Source: Clostridia bacterium
Lineage (GTDB): Bacteria > Bacillota > Clostridia > RGIG6154
Assembly (NCBI GenBank): GCA_045589295.1
Contig: JAZNOU010000010.1
Span: 1-62,914, forward strand
DNA: 62,914 nucleotides
Direction of reading: 5' to 3'
In this document: positions 10,181 to 20,467 of the stretch, piece by piece
Numbering within the stretch: position 1 is the first letter of the stretch
How the letters are laid out: the number at the start of each line of letters is the position of its first letter
Made by a program: the position numbers and the translations under genes
Notes under the pieces: generated by a model
Databases searched by the model: none
What the model was told of the DNA's origin: nothing
What the model saw: the letters and a program-made list of their open reading frames with translations, nothing else

Positions 10181-11344
10181 TTATAAACCTATATTATTTA
10201 AAAATATTCTTACTTCATTTGCCTCTTTGTCTGATATATTATTGCTGTATTTAAGTTCTTGCGCAGTTCTTTTCAAATGACCGCAGAAAATCAGTTTCCC
10301 CCATCTTCTTACCTGCATTATCGGCATAAGATAAGGTTTTTCTTGTAAAATCGGATAATAGTATTTTAATGTATCATAAGGAATAAAAATCTTTGACAAG
10401 GCATATTCTAACTTGCCTCCGCTTTTTTGTTGTTTAACAGCTATACGATTTTCTTTATTTCCATAAAGTCCACCGCGGAGAATGTACTCTTCCATCTGCT
10501 GTGCAACTGCATCATATTCCTGATTTTCAAACCATATCCCACTCAATTTGCGTGTCTTTTGGGCAAATTTTAAAAGTTTGCCTTTTTCAAGAAGATTATC
10601 GCGTTTTTTATCATCTTTACATTCGACAGTATCAAGTATTAAAAGGTCAATAAATGGTCTTATTCCGCATCCGCCGTTTTCAAAATGCTTTGCCATATGT
10701 GCTATATGGTAAAAATAAAACATTTCATCAGGCATTTCATAGTGATATGAAAATCCTTGTTTTAATTTTACACTTTCCCATACATCTGAAAGAACCTCTG
10801 ATGCTTCATTTGCCAGACCTTTTTCTACAAGCGTAAAATGAAATTCTACGTGCGTGTTGTTAGGGGTAAACAAAGATGCGTTGTGAGTTCCTTTGAACCT
10901 GTATGTGTAACCATATTCGTCAACAAGAACTTTTATTACCTTGTACACATCTTCTTCGTGAACTAACACATCAATATCACAGCTCGTTCTCATCCACTCT
11001 TCGGGATAAAAATCTCTTAAAACCGAGCCTTTCAAAGGAAGAAATGCAATTTTGTTTTTTTCAAGAGCATCACAAAGTGCAACATATTCGCATCTGATTT
11101 TTTCAACACGATAAACTGCTTTGAAAATACATTTTCCGATACCTATTTCGTCATTTTGTGGCAACAGATTATTTTTTTTCATTCCCAGTGCCATCAAATG
11201 CAAAACATCATGCTCCAAAGCAATGACAAGCATATCATCAAGCATTTCAGGTGAGTAATCATTTTTTTCGTCTTCGCTTATAGTTTTACCGTCAACTGCC
11301 GACCTTATCAAAGCAAAAAGCATTTTTTTTGTCTTGTACTCCAC
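10181..11344 (-). CDS. Nucleotidyltransferase family protein (NTP_transf_5-like)
   Basis: LPLKGSVL...YP...RTSCDIDVLV; HMAKH..GGCGIRPFID. Confidence 0.75.
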   Translation of the reverse strand: MEYKTKKMLFALIRSAVDGKTISEDEKNDYSPEMLDDMLVIALEHDVLHLMALGMKKNNLLPQNDEIGIGKCIFKAVYRVEKIRCEYVALCDALEKNKIAFLPLKGSVLRDFYPEEWMRTSCDIDVLVHEEDVYKVIKVLVDEYGYTYRFKGTHNASLFTPNNTHVEFHFTLVEKGLANEASEVLSDVWESVKLKQGFSYHYEMPDEMFYFYHIAHMAKHFENGGCGIRPFIDLLILDTVECKDDKKRDNLLEKGKLLKFAQKTRKLSGIWFENQEYDAVAQQMEEYILRGGLYGNKENRIAVKQQKSGGKLEYALSKIFIPYDTLKYYYPILQEKPYLMPIMQVRRWGKLIFCGHLKRTAQELKYSNNISDKEANEVRIFLNNIGL

Positions 11345-11379
11345 GCATTCCCCTCCTTTAAAATTTTATTTTAAGATTA

Positions 11380-12900
11380 TTATTTGAAAACTTTGCTACT
11401 TTTATTTTTCAGGTATTTATATACAAACATAACACCGTCTTTTTCTACAATAACGACAGGAATTAAAAATACAACAAACAATATTACAAAACATACCGCA
11501 CCATATAAACACATAGCAACGTACGAGTTAACGTTCCATGCAATATTATTTGCAACATACACGGCATATGCAAATATTGAAAGACACAAGCCTAAAAATG
11601 CGTACGCTTTTTTTGGCGAACGATTCAATATCTTTTTATCTGCATAGAAGATAATATCATTCATACGGTACAACAAAGCAACTATTGTACCAAGCAAAAC
11701 GCCGTATAGATCAAGATAATAAGCAAGCACTACTGATACGCTGATATTAAGCAACATTTCTATAACGCTTCTGTTTTTGGTCTTTTCAGCGTGGCCTGAA
11801 ACTGAGATAAGTCGTGCAGGTATCGCTCTTGCGCCTGACATAACATTTATCAACCCAAACAACACCGGAATCCATTTAAGTATGTAATTTGCGTCGCTGA
11901 TTCCTCTTGTATATAACGTTACAAACGGAATACTGAGTACCGTTGCGGTTGTCATTACCACAAAGATAACGAAGGTATACATGGTAGAATACATATCAAA
12001 TATTTTTCTGAATTTTTCCTGCGGCTTATCAAGATTGCGCCCAAGCACAAATCCAAGCCCTACATTTGCCGTATTTACCAAGGAGTTAAGAGACGAAAAA
12101 ATCATATTGTATACTGTGTACACACTTGCCGCTTCAAATCCGCAGAACACTGAAATTACAAATACGTCTGTGTTTGAAAAAATGGTTGAAGATACTTCGT
12201 GTACAACAAAAGCAGATCTTTCTTTAAGTAATTTTTCATCACTTTCTTCGTTAAATGAAAGCCACGGATATTTCTTCTTGCAGTAAATAACAAGTATCGG
12301 AATTTTTGCAAGCATTATAAGGAAAAACGCAAGCTGAACCGCAATAATATCAAATCCGCACATAATAAGAATAATTTTTGATGCAGATGTTAATATGTGA
12401 AATACAAGTTGCATATTCTCAGACACGTATCTTTTTCCGTCTGCAGTAAGAAGCTGATTATAAACTGCACAGAAATAATAACTTATTGCATGTGGAGCAC
12501 CCTGCAAAAGTATAACTTTTATCATTAAGCCCTTGTCCATACCTGACGGCATTAAAAACGGATAAACAAACGCAAATACAAGCACCACAATAATATACAC
12601 GGTGGTTGCTTTACGATAGTATGTTCTTGCCTGGGTTGCAGCCATATTTACCCTTTTGTAATCCTTCTTTTCAAGCGGACCATATAAAGCATTTACCGCA
12701 GAATTCCCGATTCCTGCTTCTAAAAGAGCAAAGTATGTAAATATCTGTGTTATGGTTGACAAAAAACCATTCAGTTCAGAACCAAATGATACAATAAGTA
12801 TTCTTGGAATAATAATTCCCAGAATAAGAATTATGAACTTGCCGCCAAAACCGTAAATAATATTTTTTACCGCAAGGGATGCTTTGCTGTCTTTAGCCAT
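11380..12900 (-). CDS. wzx: Polysaccharide flippase (Wzx-like)
   Basis: Many TM segments; FGSELNG, LLEAGIG, NTDVFVIS; in polysaccharide locus. Confidence 0.8.
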   Translation of the reverse strand: MAKDSKASLAVKNIIYGFGGKFIILILGIIIPRILIVSFGSELNGFLSTITQIFTYFALLEAGIGNSAVNALYGPLEKKDYKRVNMAATQARTYYRKATTVYIIVVLVFAFVYPFLMPSGMDKGLMIKVILLQGAPHAISYYFCAVYNQLLTADGKRYVSENMQLVFHILTSASKIILIMCGFDIIAVQLAFFLIMLAKIPILVIYCKKKYPWLSFNEESDEKLLKERSAFVVHEVSSTIFSNTDVFVISVFCGFEAASVYTVYNMIFSSLNSLVNTANVGLGFVLGRNLDKPQEKFRKIFDMYSTMYTFVIFVVMTTATVLSIPFVTLYTRGISDANYILKWIPVLFGLINVMSGARAIPARLISVSGHAEKTKNRSVIEMLLNISVSVVLAYYLDLYGVLLGTIVALLYRMNDIIFYADKKILNRSPKKAYAFLGLCLSIFAYAVYVANNIAWNVNSYVAMCLYGAVCFVILFVVFLIPVVIVEKDGVMFVYKYLKNKSSKVFK

Positions 12901-13984
12901 TATAAATCGCCTCTATCCTGTTACACCACAAATTTGTTTCTATTTTACTTGTGTCTGTTTCAACTTTACTATCTCTATTTTCGTAAATTTCTATAACTTT
13001 TTTTGTCCAGTCTGCCAAATTGTTATATTCAGCATAAGTTGCAAGACCGATATTTGCATCACAAGCAATGTGATCAGACAACAAACTTGCAACCTTCGCT
13101 GCTTGCGCCTCCAATGCAACCAAAGGCAAACCCTCTGTTTTAGATGGCATCAAAACAACATCTGTTTTCGAAAATTCCTTTGATTTATCCGCATCTTTGG
13201 GCAAAAATACCACATAATCCTTCAAAGAAAATTCATCAATCGTTTTTAACATTTTACTGTAGTATATCTCATCCTGCGGATAACCTATAAATGTTAATTT
13301 TGCATTTACTTTTTCATCTAAAAGTGATTTTAGCAGGTTAATTGAAAATATCTGGTTTTTATTCGCACAGAAATATCCGATCTGCAATAAATTGCATCCG
13401 TCATGGATGGCTTTTTCCTGATTTTTATACAATGATATATCCACAGGGTTTAAAACATTTACAAATTCTTTCTCCCCGAATAAGCTTTTACCTGCCAAAG
13501 AAGCGCACGCCAAAGCGGTTGTTGCATATTTGCTTATAAACTTTTTACAGCAGGAATAATACCAAATCAACAGTTTGTTACTGCCTTTTCGGCTATATGT
13601 ACCATGAGCATGAGCAAGGCGAGTCTTTATTTTAAACTGCTTTGCACACTTTAAAAAAATTCCTGCTTCTACGCCGTTATGACAATGAACTACGTCATAT
13701 TTATTTTTTGACAGAATTTCTCTCATTGCCTTTTTAATTTGAAAATATCTTAAAGGATACAAAATTTTATGCTTTTCATATTTAAGCAATGAAAGATTGA
13801 ATATTTTACCGCCATACGACTTGAATTCATCGTCGTATTGTCCTTTTGTTCCGTGATATGTTACCACGTCAAAAAAGAAACGGTCCGATAAATTCCTGAC
13901 AATTGTCATAACAACATTGGGAACTCCTGCATTAATAAGATCAGAGTTTACTATCAATAACACTCTTTTTTTTGCCTTCACCAC
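12893..13984 (-). CDS. Glycosyltransferase (GT-B, GT4-like)
   Basis: DVVHCH, AHAH, EGLPLVALEAQA; GTG start after AAGGAG. Confidence 0.85.
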   Translation of the reverse strand: MVKAKKRVLLIVNSDLINAGVPNVVMTIVRNLSDRFFFDVVTYHGTKGQYDDEFKSYGGKIFNLSLLKYEKHKILYPLRYFQIKKAMREILSKNKYDVVHCHNGVEAGIFLKCAKQFKIKTRLAHAHGTYSRKGSNKLLIWYYSCCKKFISKYATTALACASLAGKSLFGEKEFVNVLNPVDISLYKNQEKAIHDGCNLLQIGYFCANKNQIFSINLLKSLLDEKVNAKLTFIGYPQDEIYYSKMLKTIDEFSLKDYVVFLPKDADKSKEFSKTDVVLMPSKTEGLPLVALEAQAAKVASLLSDHIACDANIGLATYAEYNNLADWTKKVIEIYENRDSKVETDTSKIETNLWCNRIEAIYNG

Positions 13985-15284
13985 TTTTTTCTCCTTTTCG
14001 CGGAATTCCGGTAAGCACAATTACAACAAGCAATCCGAACAATCTGTCTCTCAATCTGAACAGCTGAGTTGATTGTACCAGCACCGCAAATACAATAAAC
14101 GGAATATAATTAAACATTGTTGATTTCACTTTAAATTTCTGTTGGTAAACAGACCTGAATATGAGCAAAAGCATAAGCAAAGTTCCGAAAACACCCCAAC
14201 AAGCAATAGCTTCAACAAAAGCTGCATGAGGTGACGCCATTCTTCCTATTTTAGTACCGATGTTTTGCATACCAAGTCCAAAAATCATACCTAAAATATT
14301 TTCAGTCAAATATCCAAGATATACAACCGCAATTCTTACACGACCTGTCGTAACGTCATTTTCATCGACACGTGAAAGCAGGTTTTCGATGTAGTCCGGA
14401 TTAACTTTTGAAACAAGAAAAACCCCAATAAACACAATACAAATAAGTCCTATACGTTTCCCCAGCATTTTAGTAGAACTAAATGAGCCTCCAAACAAAA
14501 ATACAAGTAAAACAATCAAGGCAACAGATATTAAAAATGTTTTTGAAATTGTTAAAGTTCCTGCCAAAAGTGCCACAAACATCGCAATATAATATTTGTT
14601 GTTTTTATATCCAAGCATAATCAAAGACAGGCAAAATACTATAACAAAAGAACAACTTTGCCCTATAAGGTTAGGATCAGCTGCCATGGTTAAGTCGTAA
14701 CCAATCTGTTCTGCATAACCAAAACGGAAGGAACCGTCTATAAATCTTGTTAAATTTCCACCAAAAATAGTATACGCTTCTAAAAATATATGCAAAATAC
14801 TTACTACTGTTCCGTATATATAACTGTTAACAATGTTTATTTTTTCATCTGTATTATAATCCAAAAACATTGCCAAGAACAGCATTACATACACACTTGC
14901 ATAGCGTAAAAACTCAACTAACGTATCATCGGTTGCAAACACCATATGCATCATTTCATATATAATAAATCCCAATATCGCCACCAATGATATGGTTTGT
15001 ATTTTCATTTTTGTCTTCACAAGCAATACTATGGCGCAGGATAGTGCAATATATGCAACCTGAATTCCTGTTCCCATCATAGCAAAACCCGCCATATACG
15101 CAGGAATTTCCACAGGCTTTAAAATAAGCGGTAACGCCATAGCGAGTGCAAGTATAAGACTTTGCGGAATCATTCCGGCTCTGAATGCATTAAGCATCAA
15201 AGGAATGAACACCAAAGTCTGTGCAAGCACTACACGGCTTATTTTATTGTCATCACCAAATAATTTTATTGAAGATTTCTTCAT
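13941..15284 (-). CDS. wzy: Polysaccharide polymerase / O-antigen ligase-like membrane protein (Wzy)
   Basis: Multi-TM; DPN, SKT, TTGR, FGLG, PH motifs; start uncertain. Confidence 0.65.
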   Translation of the reverse strand: MKKSSIKLFGDDNKISRVVLAQTLVFIPLMLNAFRAGMIPQSLILALAMALPLILKPVEIPAYMAGFAMMGTGIQVAYIALSCAIVLLVKTKMKIQTISLVAILGFIIYEMMHMVFATDDTLVEFLRYASVYVMLFLAMFLDYNTDEKINIVNSYIYGTVVSILHIFLEAYTIFGGNLTRFIDGSFRFGYAEQIGYDLTMAADPNLIGQSCSFVIVFCLSLIMLGYKNNKYYIAMFVALLAGTLTISKTFLISVALIVLLVFLFGGSFSSTKMLGKRIGLICIVFIGVFLVSKVNPDYIENLLSRVDENDVTTGRVRIAVVYLGYLTENILGMIFGLGMQNIGTKIGRMASPHAAFVEAIACWGVFGTLLMLLLIFRSVYQQKFKVKSTMFNYIPFIVFAVLVQSTQLFRLRDRLFGLLVVIVLTGIPRKGEKSGEGKKKSVIDSKL

Positions 15285-16320
15285 ACTGTTCTGCCATCCT
15301 AACTGAAGAAAAGTCAAGTACCATTCTTTGTGAATGTGCCGCCATTTCTTCATATTCTGTACTCGAAGCGTTTAATAGCCATTTCATTGCCTGATAATAC
15401 GCTTCTTCATTTTTTGAATTAACCAAAAGTCCGTTTTCTTTTACAACATCTTTAAGCCCGCCCACATCAGTTGAAATAATGGGAAGCCCCGCCGCCATTG
15501 CTTCTAACACAGAAAGAGGCATTGCCTCTCGATGCGAAGACAAAACAAACACATCAGATCTTGCAAGGTAGTTTTCGGTATCAGGAACAACTCCCGTAAA
15601 CTCCACAAAGTCTGAAATACCTAAAGTTTTAGCAAGTTCTTTCAACTCGTCGTGGCAAGGCCCGTCTCCTGCAAGGATAAGGCTTGCTTTAAGATTTTCA
15701 TCATGGATTTTCTTAAGGCATCTTATCAAAAGTGCCTGGTTTTTGTTCTTATCCTGTCTTGCAACATTTATAAATACAAACCCCTCATGTTCTTTTTTAT
15801 AAAATCTGTCAATATCAATTCCGTTGTTTATACAAATACATTTGTCGTTACCAATACCGAAATATTTTTTGCTAAGCAAAAGATTTTCCTCAGATACTGC
15901 CACAAGTTTTACATGTTTTGTTTTTAAGGCAACCCTTAATATTTTTTCATTAAGTTTGCTGAACGCCTTTTCAGGTTTTGTGTGAGCAGTAACAACTAAC
16001 GGTTTTCTGTAAATAAGCGAATATGGCAAAGCATAAGTAACTCCGCCTAAATGAGCGTGCATGACATCAGGTTTTAAACTTTTTATTTTCTTTAAAGCTT
16101 TTACCATATGAGAAAGTTTTATATGCCCTGCAATGTTCATATAGAAAACTTTACATATTTTTTCAATCCGTTCTTCTACCACAGAATTTCTCTTCCTGCC
16201 GGAACATAAAACAGTCACAGAGAACTTATCGGGATTGATATTTTTAACTAATTCCAAAACCATGTTCTGGGCTCCGCCCATCTCAAGGTTTTCTATTAAA
16301 ACAACAAGATTTTTTCTCAT
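15253..16320 (-). CDS. Glycosyltransferase (GT4)
   Basis: GGAQ, NGID, EAMPLSVLEAMAAG, STDVGG. Confidence 0.88.
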   Translation of the reverse strand: MRKNLVVLIENLEMGGAQNMVLELVKNINPDKFSVTVLCSGRKRNSVVEERIEKICKVFYMNIAGHIKLSHMVKALKKIKSLKPDVMHAHLGGVTYALPYSLIYRKPLVVTAHTKPEKAFSKLNEKILRVALKTKHVKLVAVSEENLLLSKKYFGIGNDKCICINNGIDIDRFYKKEHEGFVFINVARQDKNKNQALLIRCLKKIHDENLKASLILAGDGPCHDELKELAKTLGISDFVEFTGVVPDTENYLARSDVFVLSSHREAMPLSVLEAMAAGLPIISTDVGGLKDVVKENGLLVNSKNEEAYYQAMKWLLNASSTEYEEMAAHSQRMVLDFSSVRMAEQYEEIFNKIIW

Positions 16321-16340
16321 GATTATTTTACCTTTGGAAG

Positions 16341-16862
16341 TTACTTCAATGTGTTAATCAAATACTGTTTCTTGTTTTCATTATACCTTTGAATATCAAA
16401 ATCTTCAGGCATTTGATCTTTGCACTTTTGTGCATATTCTAAAAGCGTGCAAGCCTTCTTTGCAGGTGCTCCACATACAACAGTTTCGTCGGGAACATCT
16501 TTCGTAACTATGCTTCCTGCACCTATAACACAGTTTTTACCAATTGTAACCCCCGGCATTATAACACTTTTACAACCGATGAAAGTATCTGCTCCAACAT
16601 TAATTTTCCCGAATTTTGCAACATTGTTATATTCTTCATATTTTCCCCTGAACGCCCATGTACCACCATCGTGTGTTACAAAAATAACATCAGATGAAAT
16701 GCGAACCCTGTCGCCCAAAGTGATAAGGTATGGCTCGCTACCAAAATTAACGCCACTCATAACAGTTACGCCTTTTCCTACAATCATACCATCTTCTTTT
16801 GCACACTTTAAAGCGCCTTTAAGTTTTGATTTTACAAGTTTTATAATAGTTTTAATCTTCAT
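16341..16862 (-). CDS. Hexapeptide-repeat O-acyltransferase
   Basis: FGSEPYLITLG, THDGG, IGKNCVIGAGSIVTKDVP. Confidence 0.88.
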   Translation of the reverse strand: MKIKTIIKLVKSKLKGALKCAKEDGMIVGKGVTVMSGVNFGSEPYLITLGDRVRISSDVIFVTHDGGTWAFRGKYEEYNNVAKFGKINVGADTFIGCKSVIMPGVTIGKNCVIGAGSIVTKDVPDETVVCGAPAKKACTLLEYAQKCKDQMPEDFDIQRYNENKKQYLINTLK

Positions 16863-17935
16863 TTCCCACAAGCTCCTTTTAAAAACTTCTCCCACTCGCT
16901 GTAAATTACATCGGGGTGGAAATTCATTGATGATTTTTTCGCGTTTTGTCCAAGTTTTGCTCGTAAATCGTCATTTTTCATAAGCAAATTTATTGCCTCT
17001 GCCATTTTATTCTTATCTTTTATGGGAACCAAAACCCCGTTTTCCATATTATCTATAAGATATTTCGGGCCACCGCAAGGACAGTCTGTTGAAACAACCG
17101 CGGTACCTAAAACCATCGCTTCCATTAAAGCATTTGGCATACCTTCAAAATCAGAAGAAAGTACAAACAATTTTGCACTTTTTACAACTTCAGGAACCTT
17201 GTCGGTTGCCCCCGGCAAGAAAATTCTTTCTTCTAATCCCATATTTTTAATTTTTGCTTCTAATTTTTCTTTATAAGGACCTTGTCCGTAAATATACAAA
17301 TTATCTTTTATGTCATTTGCAACACTTGCAAATGCATCAATCAACATTTCGTGATTTTTCTGTGCCACAAGTCTGCCTGTGGTTACAATGTCTTTTTTAC
17401 AATCTTTCGGCTCTTGTTCATAAAAACGAATGTCTACCTGATTTAAAATAATCTGTGATTTTTTCTGAATCTTTTCATCAAACCACGCTTTTGCATCTTC
17501 CGTCTGGAAAACTACGCCTTTTGCATACTTATACAAAATTTTTGCCGCAAGTTTAAATGCTTTATTAGGATATTCTCTGTCAGGATCATTTCTTACAGAC
17601 ACCACACAAGAAGTTTTTGTACCCATACAAGAAGCAATTGCCCTGAAATTGTTTTCTCCCATAAATGAAACCAGAATATCAGGCTTTATTTCTTTAACCA
17701 GTTTTCTCAATTTTTTAGTAAGCACAATATTTCTTTCAAGTTGTGACTTAAATCTCACGGGGCTTAAAACAACTCTGTTTATTTTATCTGAGTAAGTATA
17801 CTCTTTTTCTACACTGTAAGATGTTACCAAGGTAACTGCGTACCCGTTTTTACAAAACCTGTCCGCAAGGTTGGTGATTACTCTTTCAGCGCCACCATAT
17901 CCTATGGTATTTATGTAAAATATCATTTTTTTCAT
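16859..17935 (-). CDS. Glycosyltransferase (GT4, PglJ-like)
   Basis: GGAERV, GRL..QK, EGMPNALMEAM, STDCPCGGP. Confidence 0.88.
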   Translation of the reverse strand: MKKMIFYINTIGYGGAERVITNLADRFCKNGYAVTLVTSYSVEKEYTYSDKINRVVLSPVRFKSQLERNIVLTKKLRKLVKEIKPDILVSFMGENNFRAIASCMGTKTSCVVSVRNDPDREYPNKAFKLAAKILYKYAKGVVFQTEDAKAWFDEKIQKKSQIILNQVDIRFYEQEPKDCKKDIVTTGRLVAQKNHEMLIDAFASVANDIKDNLYIYGQGPYKEKLEAKIKNMGLEERIFLPGATDKVPEVVKSAKLFVLSSDFEGMPNALMEAMVLGTAVVSTDCPCGGPKYLIDNMENGVLVPIKDKNKMAEAINLLMKNDDLRAKLGQNAKKSSMNFHPDVIYSEWEKFLKGACGK

Positions 17936-17945
17936 AAAAATGCTC

Positions 17946-19046
17946 CTATATTATACCCTTATAAAAAATTTCAAGTTCTTTTGCCGACTCTGATACATCA
18001 AATCCTGCTTTTTTGATGTCTTCAATTACATCAAATCTTTTTCCTTTTAGTTTCAAGGCATTGTAAACCCAAATCTTTGTGCCTTCTTCAATAGAAAGGT
18101 ATATAACCGCATCAGACACCTTAACCTCGTCGGTAACTTTATCGGAAACAAGGCAGGGAAGGCCTGATGCCTGCGCTTCTACAACTGTAACGGGAAGACC
18201 TTCCCACAGCGACGGGAACAAAAACACGTCCATTGCAGAAAGCACCTGTGGAATATCTCCTCTGACGCCTGTCATTATCACGTTATCATTAAGGTCAAGC
18301 TCATTTATATAGCTTTCAATCTGCTTTTTACATTCCCCCTGACCGACAATTAACAACAGGGAGTTTTTATCCTTTTTTAGGATTTCTTTAAAAACCTCAA
18401 GCAAAAACTTATGGTTTTTAGGTGCAGAAAGTCTGCCCACATGACCATAAACTGTTTTATTTTGTGCGCCAAATTCTTTTCTGTATTCTTCTCTTACAAT
18501 CGGTTCTATCACATACTTACTTGTATCAATGGCATTTTTAATCATACGATAGTTTGGTGCATTTACCACATCTTTGCCAAAAAGCCACTGACCTGAAATC
18601 TTGGAGCAGGCAAACAAATAATCGCACTCTTTCTTAAGTGGTCCCTGCATAAAGTTTTTAACTTTTGCTTTTAAGCCACCGCCGTTTGAAGTTGAGTGAC
18701 TGTGCACAATGGTTTTAAGTCCCATTTTTTTAGCAACTCTCAGAAATACAATCGCATAACTTCTCACATGAGAATGCACAATTTTATATTCTGGATGATT
18801 TCTTAAGAAATTTCTCCAATGCTTTTTATATGCAAAATGATTTTTCAAAGTATACTTGGGGAAAACATAGATTTCCCCGCCCATAGCTTTTATTTCATCT
18901 GCATAAGCGTCCTGATCTGCACTGTGAATCACAAAATCAAACTGGACTTTAGTTTTATCCATTGCTTTGTATAAATTAAAAAGCATGGTTTCTGCTCCAC
19001 CGCGATTTAACCCACCAATGACTTGTAATACTCTGATTGGTTCCAT
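17946..19046 (-). CDS. Glycosyltransferase (EpsF-like)
   Basis: NRGGAETML, HSHST, KNHKFL, EGLPVTVVEAQASG. Confidence 0.88.
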   Translation of the reverse strand: MEPIRVLQVIGGLNRGGAETMLFNLYKAMDKTKVQFDFVIHSADQDAYADEIKAMGGEIYVFPKYTLKNHFAYKKHWRNFLRNHPEYKIVHSHVRSYAIVFLRVAKKMGLKTIVHSHSTSNGGGLKAKVKNFMQGPLKKECDYLFACSKISGQWLFGKDVVNAPNYRMIKNAIDTSKYVIEPIVREEYRKEFGAQNKTVYGHVGRLSAPKNHKFLLEVFKEILKKDKNSLLLIVGQGECKKQIESYINELDLNDNVIMTGVRGDIPQVLSAMDVFLFPSLWEGLPVTVVEAQASGLPCLVSDKVTDEVKVSDAVIYLSIEEGTKIWVYNALKLKGKRFDVIEDIKKAGFDVSESAKELEIFYKGII

Positions 19047-19052
19047 TTAAAC

Positions 19053-20165
19053 CTACCCATTCATTTTATCAATCAATTCCTGATTGATTTTATTAACATC
19101 AAATTTATTTTCAGCCAAACGTCTTGACTGAATTGCCATTTTTTCTGTTTCAGCCGGATTTTCAATCAGCCAGATCATTTTTTCGGCTAATATTTCCACA
19201 TTTTTCGATTCTATCACAAAGCCGTTAACACCGTCAACTGCAGTTTCTTTACAGCCTTGTGTGTTGCAGGTAATAATAGGTCTGCCACAGGAAATTGCCT
19301 GCATTGCACATCTTGGAACGCCCTCCGGATAATAGGAAGGATAAACAAAAAATCTGCATTTTTCCATCCACGAAGGAACATCTTTGGTTGCTCCGTGATA
19401 AGCTACAATTCCTTTTTCTGTTGCCTTTTGCAAAAGGTTATCTTCTAAACTTTCCACCTTACCGTCAAGAGGACCTACTATGTCAAATATAGCATCGGGA
19501 TATTTCTTTTTAACAATTTCTGCCGCTTTTATGTATTCTGCAATGCCTTTAGAAGGTGTAATTCTTGATAAAAACAAAAATCTGTTTTCTTTTGGCATTT
19601 CTTTTCGTGAGAAAACATCAAGATTTACTCCCGAACCGCCTGTTACAAATAATTTATCGTTATCTTTTACAAGGCGTTTTTTAATAAAAAGCGCTTTGTC
19701 ATCTTCGTTCTGGAAGCATATTTTGTTTGAACAACTATACGCCATCTTAAGCATAGGGAAGGATATAAATCTTAAAATTCTGCCCTTTAAACCCTTAACA
19801 CGGAACAGATTTCCGCTTCCGTTTACAACGCACAGAATTTTTTTTGCACCGCCAAGTTTAGCACCTATCGCCATTGCTGCGTGATTTTTTACTCCGTAAA
19901 TTATTGCACCGTCAATTTTCTCCGCTTTAAACCCTTTTTTAATGCTTGCCATAGATTTAAGTTCGCCCAAAGGATTGGTATTATCACGACTTGCGATGAT
20001 TGGCAACAAAATTGCTGTTTCTTCTGAAAAATATTCATTTATTTCATCCACAAGCACCTTACCGCAATATGGCTGAATTCCATTTTTGTGGAGTTTTTCA
20101 ACCAATTCTAATCTGTCGGTAGATGTTTTGGATGTTCCATTACAAAGTATTGCAACTTTTTTCAT
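19053..20165 (-). CDS. Glycosyltransferase (GT4, PglA/WbuB-like)
   Basis: FQNEDD, GSGVNL, EGVPR, GCKETAVDGVNG. Confidence 0.85.
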   Translation of the reverse strand: MKKVAILCNGTSKTSTDRLELVEKLHKNGIQPYCGKVLVDEINEYFSEETAILLPIIASRDNTNPLGELKSMASIKKGFKAEKIDGAIIYGVKNHAAMAIGAKLGGAKKILCVVNGSGNLFRVKGLKGRILRFISFPMLKMAYSCSNKICFQNEDDKALFIKKRLVKDNDKLFVTGGSGVNLDVFSRKEMPKENRFLFLSRITPSKGIAEYIKAAEIVKKKYPDAIFDIVGPLDGKVESLEDNLLQKATEKGIVAYHGATKDVPSWMEKCRFFVYPSYYPEGVPRCAMQAISCGRPIITCNTQGCKETAVDGVNGFVIESKNVEILAEKMIWLIENPAETEKMAIQSRRLAENKFDVNKINQELIDKMNG

Positions 20166-20175
20166 AAATTCCCTC

Positions 20176-20457
20176 TTACTTGTTTTTCTTATCGTCTGCA
20201 GTTACACTTTTAACTGACAAGCCTTCCAATTTACCGAGATACATTGCAATAAGCCCTACCACAATTGCCAAAGAGCCTAAAATAATTACCCACGGATAAT
20301 ACTGCTTGTACAAAAATACTGAAACAGTTTCACCAAAAGAACCTCCAACCATAATTGCAATCAAAAATGGAATAAGGGGAAGCCCGCCTGCAAAAAATGA
20401 CACTGTCATCATAATGCCATAAGCTTTTTTTAATGCGTTATATAATTTATTTCTCAT
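20176..20457 (-). CDS. Small two-TM membrane protein (possible partner of the adjacent permease)
   Basis: Two hydrophobic segments, RBS GGAGG, directly downstream of the permease. Confidence 0.65.
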   Translation of the reverse strand: MRNKLYNALKKAYGIMMTVSFFAGGLPLIPFLIAIMVGGSFGETVSVFLYKQYYPWVIILGSLAIVVGLIAMYLGKLEGLSVKSVTADDKKNK

Positions 20458-20467
20458 ATTATCCTCC